Part shown: positions 18,620 through 28,583 of the stretch, one piece after another | How positions within the stretch are numbered: position 1 is the first letter of the stretch | Layout of the letters: every line of letters starts with the position of its first letter | Source: a virus | Lineage: Duplodnaviria; Caudoviricetes | Strand: one strand, 5' to 3' | Virus record (IMG/VR): IMGVR_UViG_3300037722_000166 | Coordinates: 1 to 55,365 of that record | DNA length: 55,365 bases | Program-made: the position numbers and the translations under genes | The notes under the pieces: generated by a model | What the model was told of the DNA's origin: nothing | Databases searched by the model: none | What the model saw: the letters and a program-made list of their open reading frames with translations, nothing else

Positions 18620-21600
18620 ATGAACATCATCGTTTCAGACGGCATTGTCGTTAGTGGGGTAGGTGTACCCCTCAATGGTATTCCGTGGCCCTCGGGTCAG
18701 TTTACTGCTAATGAGCCGGGATCACAGCTATGTGCATTCCTAACATCAGTCAACGCAACCTTTGGCTTCAATCTCACGCCGCATTCGTTCCAGACAGAAT
18801 GGGTGCCGTGTGGTGATCCATGTGCATTCCACGGTGCCTCTGGACAGTTGCCCGACATCGGCCATAGTCTTGAGCTTTTCGTGGGAGATTTCTTCTTTCG
18901 TGGTAAGGTAGTCCATGCCGACTATACGACTAGCGGTGGTGGCACCATTGTCAGTGTAACCGTAGAAGATGACAAGCGTGAACTGAGACGTACGAAGATC
19001 CATACTGAAGACCTTGGTGAAGATGCCCCCAGTGGTGTTGTGTCTATTGCCCGTGCATACAGAGTCTTGCAGGGGTTCGACACCGTGGGCGGTGCTCCTA
19101 ACGATCCGAACATCAAAGAGTATCGTCGTATTCTACAGTTTGGCGGAACATACAGTCAAATTCTACAGGCTATCGATCTACACTTCAGCGAAGGCAAGTG
19201 CTCCGTACCTATTACTGATCTACCAACCGTAGAGCAGCTAGAAAAGAATATTGGTGGCACCATTGATGCCATCCGATTCCAGTTCAATCTCTCTCAGCTA
19301 GACGAAGTGCTATCGCGTGTCCTACTAGATACTGGTTACGACTGGTATTGGAATATGGATGCTCAAGAAGTCAACTTGATCAACAAGAAGGCGGTCTTCG
19401 ATATTGGTGAGTCCGACATCCTAGATCTAGTTTCTCAGTTTGGTAGTGCTAGTGGCTTGAACGAAACTAAGCAGTTGGGCTTCGGTCAGGACGTGGTGCC
19501 GGATCCAACACGCTTCCGTGTCTTGGGTGGCCACCAAGAGGGGTTCATCAACTCGCATATTCTGAGTCCTATCGATGGTCTTGATACCTTCACGCTCGAT
19601 GGTCTCTCCAACATCAATAGCCTCCAGGACCAGATTGTTTTCCAGCCCGCATGGACGAGTCTGACCGTTGGCTTCTATGATGCTGATGGATTCTATCGTT
19701 CATACATCCCGACAGAGAAAGAGCTACAGCTTGCACTCACGGGTATCGAACAATGGACCTACTTCAAAATCTATCAGACGGCAGGCGGCAGCGACGACCC
19801 TCCGGGGTATGGTCTACCGTCTGACGCCGGTTCTATTGCGGCCCAGCATCCAGCATTCCAAAGTCGTCTAGATCCTATCATGCCTTTGGCTGGTTTGGCC
19901 ACTGGTGCATCTGAGTCTGGTATCCGTGTCATCAACAACCGTAGAGACGAGGCACAGAACTGGGTAATCTCGTTCTACAATCGTCTTCGTGATCATGCTT
20001 CTAGACACTACGGTCGTTCGTACGTGCTGGAGGGCGTCCTGTTTGATACGGCCAATGGCCTTTACAAGCTGGTCGATGCAGCGTGGGCTAACGTAGAAAA
20101 CCAAGTAGAAGGCTTCAGTCTCTCTGTATCCGGTGTCATCAATGGTGGCAGCGGTGTGTTCGTAGAGGACTACGAAATCAACAGAGACCTAGGCCCCATC
20201 GGTCCGTTCATTAGCGATGACTTCCGTGTGGGTGCATACGTGCGTCTGCCAGAAGATACTGTCTATGGACCACAGGGCGACGATAACCCAGCGAGCTTTG
20301 CCAACTGGACAGAGGACGCCCCACCGTTCAATCCTACTGGCGATGGTAGTCACTATGTTCCCATCGAACTGACGATTGTCGGAAATCGGGTAATCAATCC
20401 TAGGAACAATGTAGACCTTTACTCTTTTGAAGACTATCCTGAGGGCACCCTATGGTGTCAGCTTCCGATCAACGCTGGTCCGTCTGGTGGTCTCGTAAAA
20501 GACAACATCATTTCGAATCTTTCGACTCTTATCACAACGAACACGAAACTGACTGGCTCTGGTCTACTAGATATCATCAACCCAGCCACGATCTTGAACG
20601 TGTATGGTGAGTTGTCTGGTGTAGCTATTCCTGTGCAGGCACGTAGTCGTTATGGACAGACGTACCCGAGCAACTGGGTCATTGGTGATCTTCACTACGA
20701 GAGAGATGAGGACATCCAACTGGATGACCAATTCGTACCGTGGGCCTTCTCGCCTGCTGGTAGCGAGACCTCTCTACGGGTCATGGGTAATCGTGCTGTA
20801 CGCCGAGCAGAAGGCAAGATCGTTCCGAGAAGCTCGTCACGCTACGCTGACTTCAATCAAGTGGGATTGCCGCTCCTGTCGTTTGATGCTTTCGCACAAC
20901 AGAATATTGGTCCGTCTGGTCTCTATGGAGAGATTAGCCACGGCGTCAGTGAGATCAACATCTCTTTCGGTGCCGAAGGCTTCCTAACCCGCTACAAGAT
21001 TCAATCGTACTTCCCGAAGTTTGGTCGTGAAGCACCGCTTGGAGAGCGAGTACGAGCGATCCTAAATGGTATCCTCAATCCCATCAACTTCTCTGATCTT
21101 GCTCTACTGAACCCGAACCCGGGTCCGCCGAGCAATCCTCAGTTGCCTGATGATCCGTTCATCCCGCCGGTCTTCTTCGACAAAGAGGAGCGTGCTGTAC
21201 GTGTTACCATCACAGAGGCCAACAACATTTTCACGCTGTCCAGCATTCCTGGTACAGAAACAGATGAACGTTATCGTGGTATCGATCAGAACAAGTACAC
21301 GAAACCCCCTACTGGTGGCGGATCTACTAACCCTGACTTCACTGACGGTGCCATCTGTATTGATGGATTTCTGAATGTTGGTGACGAAGCCATGTATCAC
21401 ACGGATGACTTTGAGCTTCCGGGTGGCAATACAATCCTTCGTTACTTTACGCAGGGGCGTCCGTTTAGTAATGGTACCATCGTAACCGTTGCTCAGGTCA
21501 ATGCCACAGACTCTAGTCTCTATGACGTAACCATTGTTGATCCCACGCTGTTGGCTTCTCTTAGTGAAGAAAGAGCTATCTTTGGTGTGGAAGTCCTCAA

Positions 21601-21994
21601 TGGCTCTGTGCAGGTTGGTGACAAGACAACACTAGCAGCACAGGGAGACTCTCCTATTTCTCCTGGCCCCAGCAATGGTACTATTTTCATTAATGGTACA
21701 GCGTCTGATTCTGCCGGTGTTGTTGCTGTTGAAATTATTTCTGTGACTAATGAAGCAACAAACAGTGCATTAGCTGTTTGTAAGCAGTTGGGGTTGGGTG
21801 TCGATGGTACGTATTCTATTGCTTCTGGGCAGACGTATACAAATGTTGTGCCTATACCTTTTAGAGAATTGGCTGCATCGGGTGATCGTGGCTTCTTAGG
21901 AGCAATGGTTAATACTCCGAGCGGAGGCTTCGGTCAAAAGGGGACGCTTAATTTTGTTGAAATTGTAACACCAGCACTACGTAGGTTTGCTTAA
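18620..21994 (+). CDS. Large tail tip / baseplate structural protein
   Basis: 1124 aa in the tail module. N-terminus has hub-like spacing (FFRGKVVH...VTVEDDK...LSRVLLDTGYDWYW). GGAGG RBS. Confidence 0.55.
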   Translation: MNIIVSDGIVVSGVGVPLNGIPWPSGQFTANEPGSQLCAFLTSVNATFGFNLTPHSFQTEWVPCGDPCAFHGASGQLPDIGHSLELFVGDFFFRGKVVHADYTTSGGGTIVSVTVEDDKRELRRTKIHTEDLGEDAPSGVVSIARAYRVLQGFDTVGGAPNDPNIKEYRRILQFGGTYSQILQAIDLHFSEGKCSVPITDLPTVEQLEKNIGGTIDAIRFQFNLSQLDEVLSRVLLDTGYDWYWNMDAQEVNLINKKAVFDIGESDILDLVSQFGSASGLNETKQLGFGQDVVPDPTRFRVLGGHQEGFINSHILSPIDGLDTFTLDGLSNINSLQDQIVFQPAWTSLTVGFYDADGFYRSYIPTEKELQLALTGIEQWTYFKIYQTAGGSDDPPGYGLPSDAGSIAAQHPAFQSRLDPIMPLAGLATGASESGIRVINNRRDEAQNWVISFYNRLRDHASRHYGRSYVLEGVLFDTANGLYKLVDAAWANVENQVEGFSLSVSGVINGGSGVFVEDYEINRDLGPIGPFISDDFRVGAYVRLPEDTVYGPQGDDNPASFANWTEDAPPFNPTGDGSHYVPIELTIVGNRVINPRNNVDLYSFEDYPEGTLWCQLPINAGPSGGLVKDNIISNLSTLITTNTKLTGSGLLDIINPATILNVYGELSGVAIPVQARSRYGQTYPSNWVIGDLHYERDEDIQLDDQFVPWAFSPAGSETSLRVMGNRAVRRAEGKIVPRSSSRYADFNQVGLPLLSFDAFAQQNIGPSGLYGEISHGVSEINISFGAEGFLTRYKIQSYFPKFGREAPLGERVRAILNGILNPINFSDLALLNPNPGPPSNPQLPDDPFIPPVFFDKEERAVRVTITEANNIFTLSSIPGTETDERYRGIDQNKYTKPPTGGGSTNPDFTDGAICIDGFLNVGDEAMYHTDDFELPGGNTILRYFTQGRPFSNGTIVTVAQVNATDSSLYDVTIVDPTLLASLSEERAIFGVEVLNGSVQVGDKTTLAAQGDSPISPGPSNGTIFINGTASDSAGVVAVEIISVTNEATNSALAVCKQLGLGVDGTYSIASGQTYTNVVPIPFRELAASGDRGFLGAMVNTPSGGFGQKGTLNFVEIVTPALRRFA

Positions 21995-24168
21995 TGACCG
22001 TTTCGTCTGGACAAATGCCATATCAGTATGGCTGTAACTTGCCAATACGTGCGTTTCCGAACGCATGGCCCGGACTTGGTGTGCCTAACATTCAAGCTTC
22101 TGGAAATATTATTGAAGCGGGCATGTTTGTATTGAATGCTGAACTTCGTAAATGGGATTTTACAAATCCTAGTTTTCTTATATATCAATTGTATTCACAT
22201 CCAAACGTTGCACCATCTGGCTTTGAACCGAAAACTAACGGTCAAACACTTAATGGAGACGTTGGTGCTCGTCCGTCTATCTTGTCTGTTGATAATATTG
22301 AGACAATGAGAACGAATCTTTCGGCATTGTTTAGTGTGTATTCAGAAGATAGTATTTATTCTTTTAATAACTTCAAAGAGTCGTGGCTTGTTAATGCTTA
22401 TAGAGAAAGCGAAAGTGGTGCTCTTAGGTTTGTAGAAAATGGGTTATCGCTTGACGAGAAATCACCAGAATTTTTACATCCTCCCATGGAAGACGTAACT
22501 GGTGGTGATTTTATTGTAACACTTGATGATCATTGGCTTGGTGGATCTGGTGTTCTGTTTGATATTGATTATGGCGAAGTTATTTTTAATCCGTTTCCAT
22601 TTCCTAATGGGGGAAACTTTGGTCCACCTTCTCAGACAAATTTTGCACTTGCATTTGGACCAGTTACGCCAATGTGCCAGACTACACTTGGTAATCTTCC
22701 AAGCTTAGAAGTAGATAGATATGAATCAGATGTAACCGGAGCATTTGGCAATATCAATTTTGCCGCGATAGGATCTGGAAAAGTGCAGATTGATGGATAT
22801 TGTTTATTAGAAAATACAAAGATGGAATTAATCAGGGGGAATGATACAAACTATTTCCCCACACTAACTGGTAGTAGCGATTACACTGGACACGTTCGAG
22901 GATTACGTCCTGTTCGTCCTGGTACTGATGGCAAAAACGATGATACCGCTAGATGCTACAGAACACCATCTGTTCAGTCGAGTGGACTATATCGCTTTAT
23001 TACGTACAATGAACGAACAGATTATTCCGAAACATCTATTGGTTCTGGTTATGTTAGTATTTTTCCGGAGGGCCTCGTTACTAGATCGTCACCTAATGGC
23101 GTTCTTGCCAATGTAGCGAATCGTATTGATGGACAACAGTTTACGGAGGCTTCTGACGGAACCGTAATTACGACTCCAGGTTTAGCTAATGGCATACACG
23201 TTTTTGATGACGCTATTTGGATGGTTGGTGCCCCCAGTGTGTCTAATCCGTCAATTCCTAATACTAACTCTCGTGGCTTGTTTTGTATTTCTCCTCATAA
23301 TGGTCATTCCGTATGGTATCGTCCAGCAGAGATGACTGTTGCTACCACTGGTACTGCTGGAGAGAATCCGTCCGCGTGGGGAACTCATCTTGGACTTGTT
23401 GATGATGGTAGTAATTACGTTAGACTTAGCCGATCATTTGATCAAGTAATTACTGTACCGGCACTTGATGATGCTACTGGTGTCTACACTCTATATTGGC
23501 AAAAATACGACAAAATTACATTAGACTATACTGAAAGCTCAAGTAGCTTTAGTGAAATGAGTACAGACATTTCTGCTGTTTTGTTTGTGCCTAATTTTGA
23601 AAAAACATTAGGTTTACTAGATGGCGGAGGAACTCTTTACACTTGGCAACGAAATACTGTTCAATCTTTCGATTCGTCGTTTAATTACATTGCTCATCAC
23701 AGGCCAGATGGACCTGGAATCGCTGGCAGAAGACATTATGCCGGTGGAGATTTATTGTACACAATGACTGGCTCTAGTATTGGTGCCAATGATCCATTAT
23801 TATCTATCACTGGAGGCATTTCGAGCGGTATTGGCAAATGGAGTACCAGTGCCACTCAGTATACGCATGATTCAGCTAAACCATTACGAGCAGAAACTCA
23901 TTTTGGGCATAAGCCACGTGCTGTCATTCATAGTATATTTGATGTTATTGGAGCCACACACGTACAAAATGGCATTTGGATGTTTATAACTTTTCCATCA
24001 AGTGCTGGCGGTTTCATCACGAATGATCCATTGTATTTATGTAGAATATTGGAAGGTACTACTGCTTGGTCTATCATAGAATCTATTAAGCTTGATAATG
24101 TGCAAAATATTGGCGTCGTTGGTGGTCCAGAGTTTCCCGTTGAGGGAATTCTTCAGGACTTAAATTAG
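21994..24168 (+). CDS. Putative receptor-binding / variable virion protein
   Basis: 724 aa, beta-rich, AT-rich codon usage, coupled to the upstream gene by TAATG. Confidence 0.5.
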   Translation: MTVSSGQMPYQYGCNLPIRAFPNAWPGLGVPNIQASGNIIEAGMFVLNAELRKWDFTNPSFLIYQLYSHPNVAPSGFEPKTNGQTLNGDVGARPSILSVDNIETMRTNLSALFSVYSEDSIYSFNNFKESWLVNAYRESESGALRFVENGLSLDEKSPEFLHPPMEDVTGGDFIVTLDDHWLGGSGVLFDIDYGEVIFNPFPFPNGGNFGPPSQTNFALAFGPVTPMCQTTLGNLPSLEVDRYESDVTGAFGNINFAAIGSGKVQIDGYCLLENTKMELIRGNDTNYFPTLTGSSDYTGHVRGLRPVRPGTDGKNDDTARCYRTPSVQSSGLYRFITYNERTDYSETSIGSGYVSIFPEGLVTRSSPNGVLANVANRIDGQQFTEASDGTVITTPGLANGIHVFDDAIWMVGAPSVSNPSIPNTNSRGLFCISPHNGHSVWYRPAEMTVATTGTAGENPSAWGTHLGLVDDGSNYVRLSRSFDQVITVPALDDATGVYTLYWQKYDKITLDYTESSSSFSEMSTDISAVLFVPNFEKTLGLLDGGGTLYTWQRNTVQSFDSSFNYIAHHRPDGPGIAGRRHYAGGDLLYTMTGSSIGANDPLLSITGGISSGIGKWSTSATQYTHDSAKPLRAETHFGHKPRAVIHSIFDVIGATHVQNGIWMFITFPSSAGGFITNDPLYLCRILEGTTAWSIIESIKLDNVQNIGVVGGPEFPVEGILQDLN

Positions 24169-24176
24169 TGTATTAT
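24166..24176 (+). promoter_or_regulatory. Putative phage late promoter TAGTGTATTAT
   Basis: Exact copy. Its TAG is the stop codon of 21994..24168. Confidence 0.6.
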
Positions 24177-24263
24177 CCTGTAGGCATTGGTATGTGCCAT
24201 CGCCAGTCTCGGAGCGGTGTTCCTCGTTAGAGGATAATAGCTTCCCGACTTAGGAGTCGAACA

Positions 24264-24894
24264 ATGGTATCTTATAACTTAGATCTTTGTCCCAGCAAGA
24301 TTAAACATCGAGATCTTTTGAAACACGCAGAAGAAATGGTTGATTTATATATTAACCAGAATATGACGCTGCGTGAAATAGGGAATAAGTTTGGATGTGA
24401 AAAAAGTGCCGTAGGGCGTATTTTACGTAAGAACGGCATTAAGATTCTTGTTTGCATCGATTGCAACAATGAATTTCGTGGTCGCAAAGGGGTCTGCCAT
24501 TAGGTGTGTAGCTTGTCGTAAAATCAAACGTGCTCAGGAATCAAAAACGTATTATCGTAGTCTGTTTACAGATTATGATGGTTCTACCCGTCATTGTATT
24601 CAATGTGGCACAGATATTACTCATCACAAACTAGATCGTGCAAGTTGTGATAACTGTAGACCCCGAGATTGTTCGTATTTGAAGCACATGAAGACTTTGC
24701 TTGAAAAACATAAATACACCTGTGTATACTGTGGTATCAAAGTATGTCGTGCTGTGCCGCCCACTATTGATCATAAGATTCCTTTGTCTCGTGGTGGAAC
24801 GAACGTTCTAGATAATCTTACAATTGCGTGTCGTTCTTGTAATGCACGTAAGGGCACAAAAACGTACCTTGAATTTCAAGCGGAGGCAGAATAA
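24264..24894 (+). pseudogene. HTH + zinc finger + HNH homing endonuclease split by a +1 frameshift
   Basis: ORF 24264-24503 (HTH TLREIGNKFG, then CIDC) joins ORF 24448-24894 (CVAC, then CVYC..TIDHKIPLSRGG..NLTIACRSCNARK) at AAAGGGG (24486-24492). Confidence 0.75.
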
Positions 24895-25565
24895 TGGTAA
24901 GCGGAATTCGCTTCTTTGGGGCATCTGGAAGTATGGGCAACACTGTTGCTTCCCTCTACGCAAACGGTATGGCAACGATTGGTCTTGAGATTTTCAATTT
25001 CGAGATCAGTGCTACCGACAGCCCCAACCGTATGGGCTTCTTCGGCTCTCTTGGTGCTCCAAACAGTGCGGTTATCGTTGGTCAATATCAAGACCGTACT
25101 CACGTGACTGATCATGTTGGTACTGATCTTGGTGCAATGATCAATGCGAAATTTACAGGAGCTAGTACGGTAGAGCACTCTGGCGTTCCATTCACTGGTG
25201 GCTTCGCAAACATTCCTAGTGAATCTGGTACGTTGCTAGCTCGCTTTACTGAGCCTAACGGTACTGCTGTCATCACTCAATCGGCTACGTTCCGTGCCGT
25301 AAACTTTGATGCCGGTTCAGGTGTACCGGACATTGGCGACCTTGCTACTGGTATCACCATTCAGGCCGCTCAGCTACAGGATACCGCTGGCAACGCTGCG
25401 GACGCATCATGGTCTGAGATTTCAAGCGGGGGTGCTGCTCTGGGTCTTGCTGATCAGGGTATGACTGCTGCTGTTCACGACTTCCACTTGCTCGTGAGTG
25501 GCAATCCAAGTGCGGCCGGTCGCAAGATAAATTTTGGCTACTATCTCCAATTAGAGTTTTTGTAG
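24894..25565 (+). CDS. Putative virion structural protein
   Basis: 223 aa, Gly/Ala/Ser-rich beta protein, GGAGG RBS, native codon usage. Confidence 0.6.
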   Translation: MVSGIRFFGASGSMGNTVASLYANGMATIGLEIFNFEISATDSPNRMGFFGSLGAPNSAVIVGQYQDRTHVTDHVGTDLGAMINAKFTGASTVEHSGVPFTGGFANIPSESGTLLARFTEPNGTAVITQSATFRAVNFDAGSGVPDIGDLATGITIQAAQLQDTAGNAADASWSEISSGGAALGLADQGMTAAVHDFHLLVSGNPSAAGRKINFGYYLQLEFL

Positions 25566-25586
25566 GTCTTTATTTGACAAGCACTT

Positions 25587-25988
25587 ATGTCGGTTTCTCA
25601 AAACAAACATCCGAAAACCAATAAGATCTGCCAGGCGTGTGAACAATATTTCATGGGAACGGTGCGTGCTCGTTTTTGCGAACCGTGTCGGAAAACACGA
25701 CAGCGACAACAAAACCCCGAAAAAGTAGCTGCTAACAACATGAAATTGCGTACCCGTGATCCGATTGATCCTGAACTTATCAAACTGGTTTTCAAGCTCT
25801 ACGAATATGAGTGCATGTATTGTTCTTCGCGAGATAATCTATTGTTAGAACACATTTTGCCTATCACCCGTGGTGGTGATAATGGCTTTGAAAATTTGGG
25901 CGTAGCCTGTAGGTCGTGTAATTCTTCTAAGAACAATAAGACAGTGATTGAGTTTATAGAGTGGAGACAAAAACTAGTTAAAGCCTAA
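25587..25988 (+). CDS. HNH endonuclease
   Basis: CQAC...CEPC zinc finger. CMYC..LLLEHILPITRGG...NLGVACRSCNSSK core. Confidence 0.85.
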   Translation: MSVSQNKHPKTNKICQACEQYFMGTVRARFCEPCRKTRQRQQNPEKVAANNMKLRTRDPIDPELIKLVFKLYEYECMYCSSRDNLLLEHILPITRGGDNGFENLGVACRSCNSSKNNKTVIEFIEWRQKLVKA

Positions 25989-26007
25989 GATTGTCTTGTG
26001 TATGACC

Positions 26008-26046
26008 AGGGGTGACAGACTGTAAGTTTGTCGCCCTTTTCTATTT
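26008..26046 (+). terminator. Rho-independent terminator ending the tail module
   Basis: GGGTGACAGAC-TGTAA-GTTTGTCGCCC stem (G:U pairs) followed by TTTTCTATTT. Confidence 0.75.
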
Positions 26047-26124
26047 CCGTTCCCTGCCGTTTGCGTATTATGTCTGTGCCATCCGTCGTGCTGGACAGAT
26101 CACCTGCGGTTTTGGAACAAACAC

Positions 26125-26583
26125 ATGACTCTCGCTTTTAGCTCAAAACACCCATACGTCCCGAATCCCAAGAGTGATCCCAGGGGTACCCGCTGGATTG
26201 CGTCTCTTTCGGATGGCTCGACTGTTTTCGAGGATGTAACCCCTCACGAAAGATCTGCGTGGCTACGTCTTAGGGACTACATCGAGACCCACAAGCTCAA
26301 GATCACAAACCTGAGACTTGAGGCGTACAATAGGAATGTGGTTCTTGTGCCGTATCGTGACGGAGAGGGTAATGCCCAGGTCAACGGCTACTGGCACAGC
26401 AAGCAGATCAATGCCCTCATGCACTCTGGGGGTGTCAACGAAGCCAAGTGTAGCGGCATCGGCATCCTCAAGAATCAGGAAATCTGGGTTACCTGGGTTC
26501 ATGAGGACGGCACCACTCGCCAAGAGGTTAGGCCGTACGAGCCCGGCGACAAAGCCGTCATCGTCAACGATCCTCCGGTATGA
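26125..26583 (+). CDS. Hypothetical protein
   Basis: 152 aa, native codons, first gene after the terminator. Confidence 0.65.
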   Translation: MTLAFSSKHPYVPNPKSDPRGTRWIASLSDGSTVFEDVTPHERSAWLRLRDYIETHKLKITNLRLEAYNRNVVLVPYRDGEGNAQVNGYWHSKQINALMHSGGVNEAKCSGIGILKNQEIWVTWVHEDGTTRQEVRPYEPGDKAVIVNDPPV

Positions 26584-27011
26584 AATACCCCTCGCTGACG
26601 ACCCCGGACATCGAGCATGACGATGCGAACCTGCTGGCCGAATTCATTTGGCTGAATCAGGATATTCGTGCTGACATTTACCCGTGGAGAGGTCATAATG
26701 GTAAGGCGTGGGGACAGCTCGTCGCCGCTCTCAAGAAACTCATGGGGGAACCATACGGTCTATCGGCCGGGCAGCTTGCCTTCTACATCTGGAAGTGCAA
26801 GCCTCGTCGTATCGATCCGCAGCAGTTCGCTAAGATGGCGGTGGTAGCCCGCCGCCTTTTTGAGAACTACGACCTAGAACAAGTGTCCCGCTTCTATTCG
26901 GACTGGCAGAAAGAACTGGCATCCTCGGGACTCGAAAAAGCAAAGTACAAAGAGAAAAAACCGAAGACATTACTGTCTTTCTTGAGGGAGTTAGAACGTG
27001 GCCAAGCGTAA
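26580..27011 (+). CDS. Hypothetical protein
   Basis: 143 aa, ATGA overlap, upstream of recA. Confidence 0.65.
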   Translation: MKYPSLTTPDIEHDDANLLAEFIWLNQDIRADIYPWRGHNGKAWGQLVAALKKLMGEPYGLSAGQLAFYIWKCKPRRIDPQQFAKMAVVARRLFENYDLEQVSRFYSDWQKELASSGLEKAKYKEKKPKTLLSFLRELERGQA

Positions 27012-28164
27012 ACAAGTAGTAGTGGAAGACGAATCGCCGGTAGTCCCGACCTTTGGTTTTTTCAAGCAAGAGGTAGAACGGGAAGGCGTGCGGGCCATGT
27101 CCGCAGAGGAGATAGGAGATCCCGAGCCGAATCGTAGTGGGTCGTATAACCTAGACTACGATTTGTTTGTACCGTTCCCAGAGGGTCGTATCACCGAAGT
27201 CTTCGGTGAAGAGGGAACCTGCAAGACGACGCTTACCCTGGAGGTTGCGGGTCGTGCCATTCAGGCAGGCAAGATTGTCCTCTATGTGAACATGGAGAAG
27301 AACCTGAACCTCTCGCTTATGCGAACGGTTCGCACGCTCCGTCCCTACATTGACGTTGCTCTTGAGCACATGAAGGCCGGGAACAAGGATCCTGACTGTC
27401 CCCTTTGGATTGTCAACGCATCGAATGGTGAGCAGGCTTTTGAGGCCATGCGAAAGTTCGCTGGCATGGTGCCGCAAGGCGTAGCTATTCTAGACTCTAT
27501 CGATGCCGCCCAACCGGAATCGGTTATGGCTGGCGAGATCGGTGATTCCACTGTTGGCAAGTTGGCCAAGCTGATGTCTGACGCAATGCGTAAGCTCATT
27601 GGTGTTGCTGAGCAGAACAGGGTTGCCCTGGTGTTCGTCAACCAGATTCGTGACAAGATCACCATGTACGGTGATCCTACTGACACCCCTGGTGGTTACG
27701 CTCTCAAGTTCTACGCCTCACAACGTATCCGTCTATTCAAGCCCCGTAAGGTGGACTGGATCCTAGACGGAGACAAAGAGCGTATTGGTAGCATTGTCCG
27801 CTACAAGGTCATCAAGAATAAGGTTGCTCCGGACGGTAACGAAGGTGCCTTCCCGATTCTTTTCAAGAACGGTATCTTCCGAGAGCAAGAGCTAGTGACT
27901 CAAGCGGCTAACTTTGGCATCCTCAAGATGGGTGGCAAGGGCGGCAAGCAAATCTTCCTGCCTAAAATCGACCGCGATACGGGTGAGTACCTGATGGACG
28001 GTGACGAGAGAGCCACTACTTGCATGACTCAGTTCAATGCTGCTCGTCGTCTACTCATGGATAGCACCCTTGTTGATAAGCTAGACCAAGAAATCCAAGC
28101 ACTGTTTGTATCTGGAGGACACGATCCCATCGATGATCTAGTGGATGAAGTTCAAGATGCTTAA
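26998..28164 (+). CDS. recA: RecA/UvsX-like recombinase
   Basis: GRITEVFGEEGTCKTT (Walker A), AILDSI (Walker B), FVNQIRDKI, TPGGYALKFYASQRI, VIKNKVAP. Confidence 0.93.
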   Translation: MAKRKQVVVEDESPVVPTFGFFKQEVEREGVRAMSAEEIGDPEPNRSGSYNLDYDLFVPFPEGRITEVFGEEGTCKTTLTLEVAGRAIQAGKIVLYVNMEKNLNLSLMRTVRTLRPYIDVALEHMKAGNKDPDCPLWIVNASNGEQAFEAMRKFAGMVPQGVAILDSIDAAQPESVMAGEIGDSTVGKLAKLMSDAMRKLIGVAEQNRVALVFVNQIRDKITMYGDPTDTPGGYALKFYASQRIRLFKPRKVDWILDGDKERIGSIVRYKVIKNKVAPDGNEGAFPILFKNGIFREQELVTQAANFGILKMGGKGGKQIFLPKIDRDTGEYLMDGDERATTCMTQFNAARRLLMDSTLVDKLDQEIQALFVSGGHDPIDDLVDEVQDA

Positions 28165-28169
28165 TACAG

Positions 28170-28583
28170 TTGAAGTTTAGGACGTTGGCAGGCCGCGAAG
28201 TGCGTATGGAAATCATCCCCGAAAGGTATCCTATGCGGTCACGCGAGCAATGTAAGTCGGCTGGACAATATATGTTGGGTCGCTTGATTCGTCGTATCTA
28301 CGGTTTTAATTCCCTCATCCTTGAAGAGTTCCCCCTGCCCGGCGAGCGACTGTGGCTAGACTTCTTCATGCCACATCACAAGCTGGCATTTGAGTATCAG
28401 GGCAAACAACACGATGAGTTTGTCAAGTTGTTTCATGGTGATAAATCGGGTTTCCAAAAATCACAAGAACGCGACATTCGTAAACGGGAATGGTGCCAGT
28501 TGAATGAGATTACTTTAGTAGAGATTCGTGGCACACTATCGATTCAAGAACTACAGGACGCTATTGAAGAAGCTCGCCAATGA
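28170..28583 (+). CDS. Vsr/DUF559-like PD-(D/E)XK endonuclease
   Basis: EEF...LWLDFFMPHHKLAFEYQGKQH...RDIRKREWC. TTG start. Confidence 0.7.
   Translation: MKFRTLAGREVRMEIIPERYPMRSREQCKSAGQYMLGRLIRRIYGFNSLILEEFPLPGERLWLDFFMPHHKLAFEYQGKQHDEFVKLFHGDKSGFQKSQERDIRKREWCQLNEITLVEIRGTLSIQELQDAIEEARQ

Noticed and set aside
13643-24168. Diversity-generating retroelement or invertible fibre cassette
   Set aside because: No reverse transcriptase, template/variable repeat pair, invertase or inverted gene copies were seen in the window.
24177-24263. tRNA or known ncRNA in the intergenic leader
   Set aside because: No cloverleaf, T-loop or CCA end. Kept only as a structured leader.
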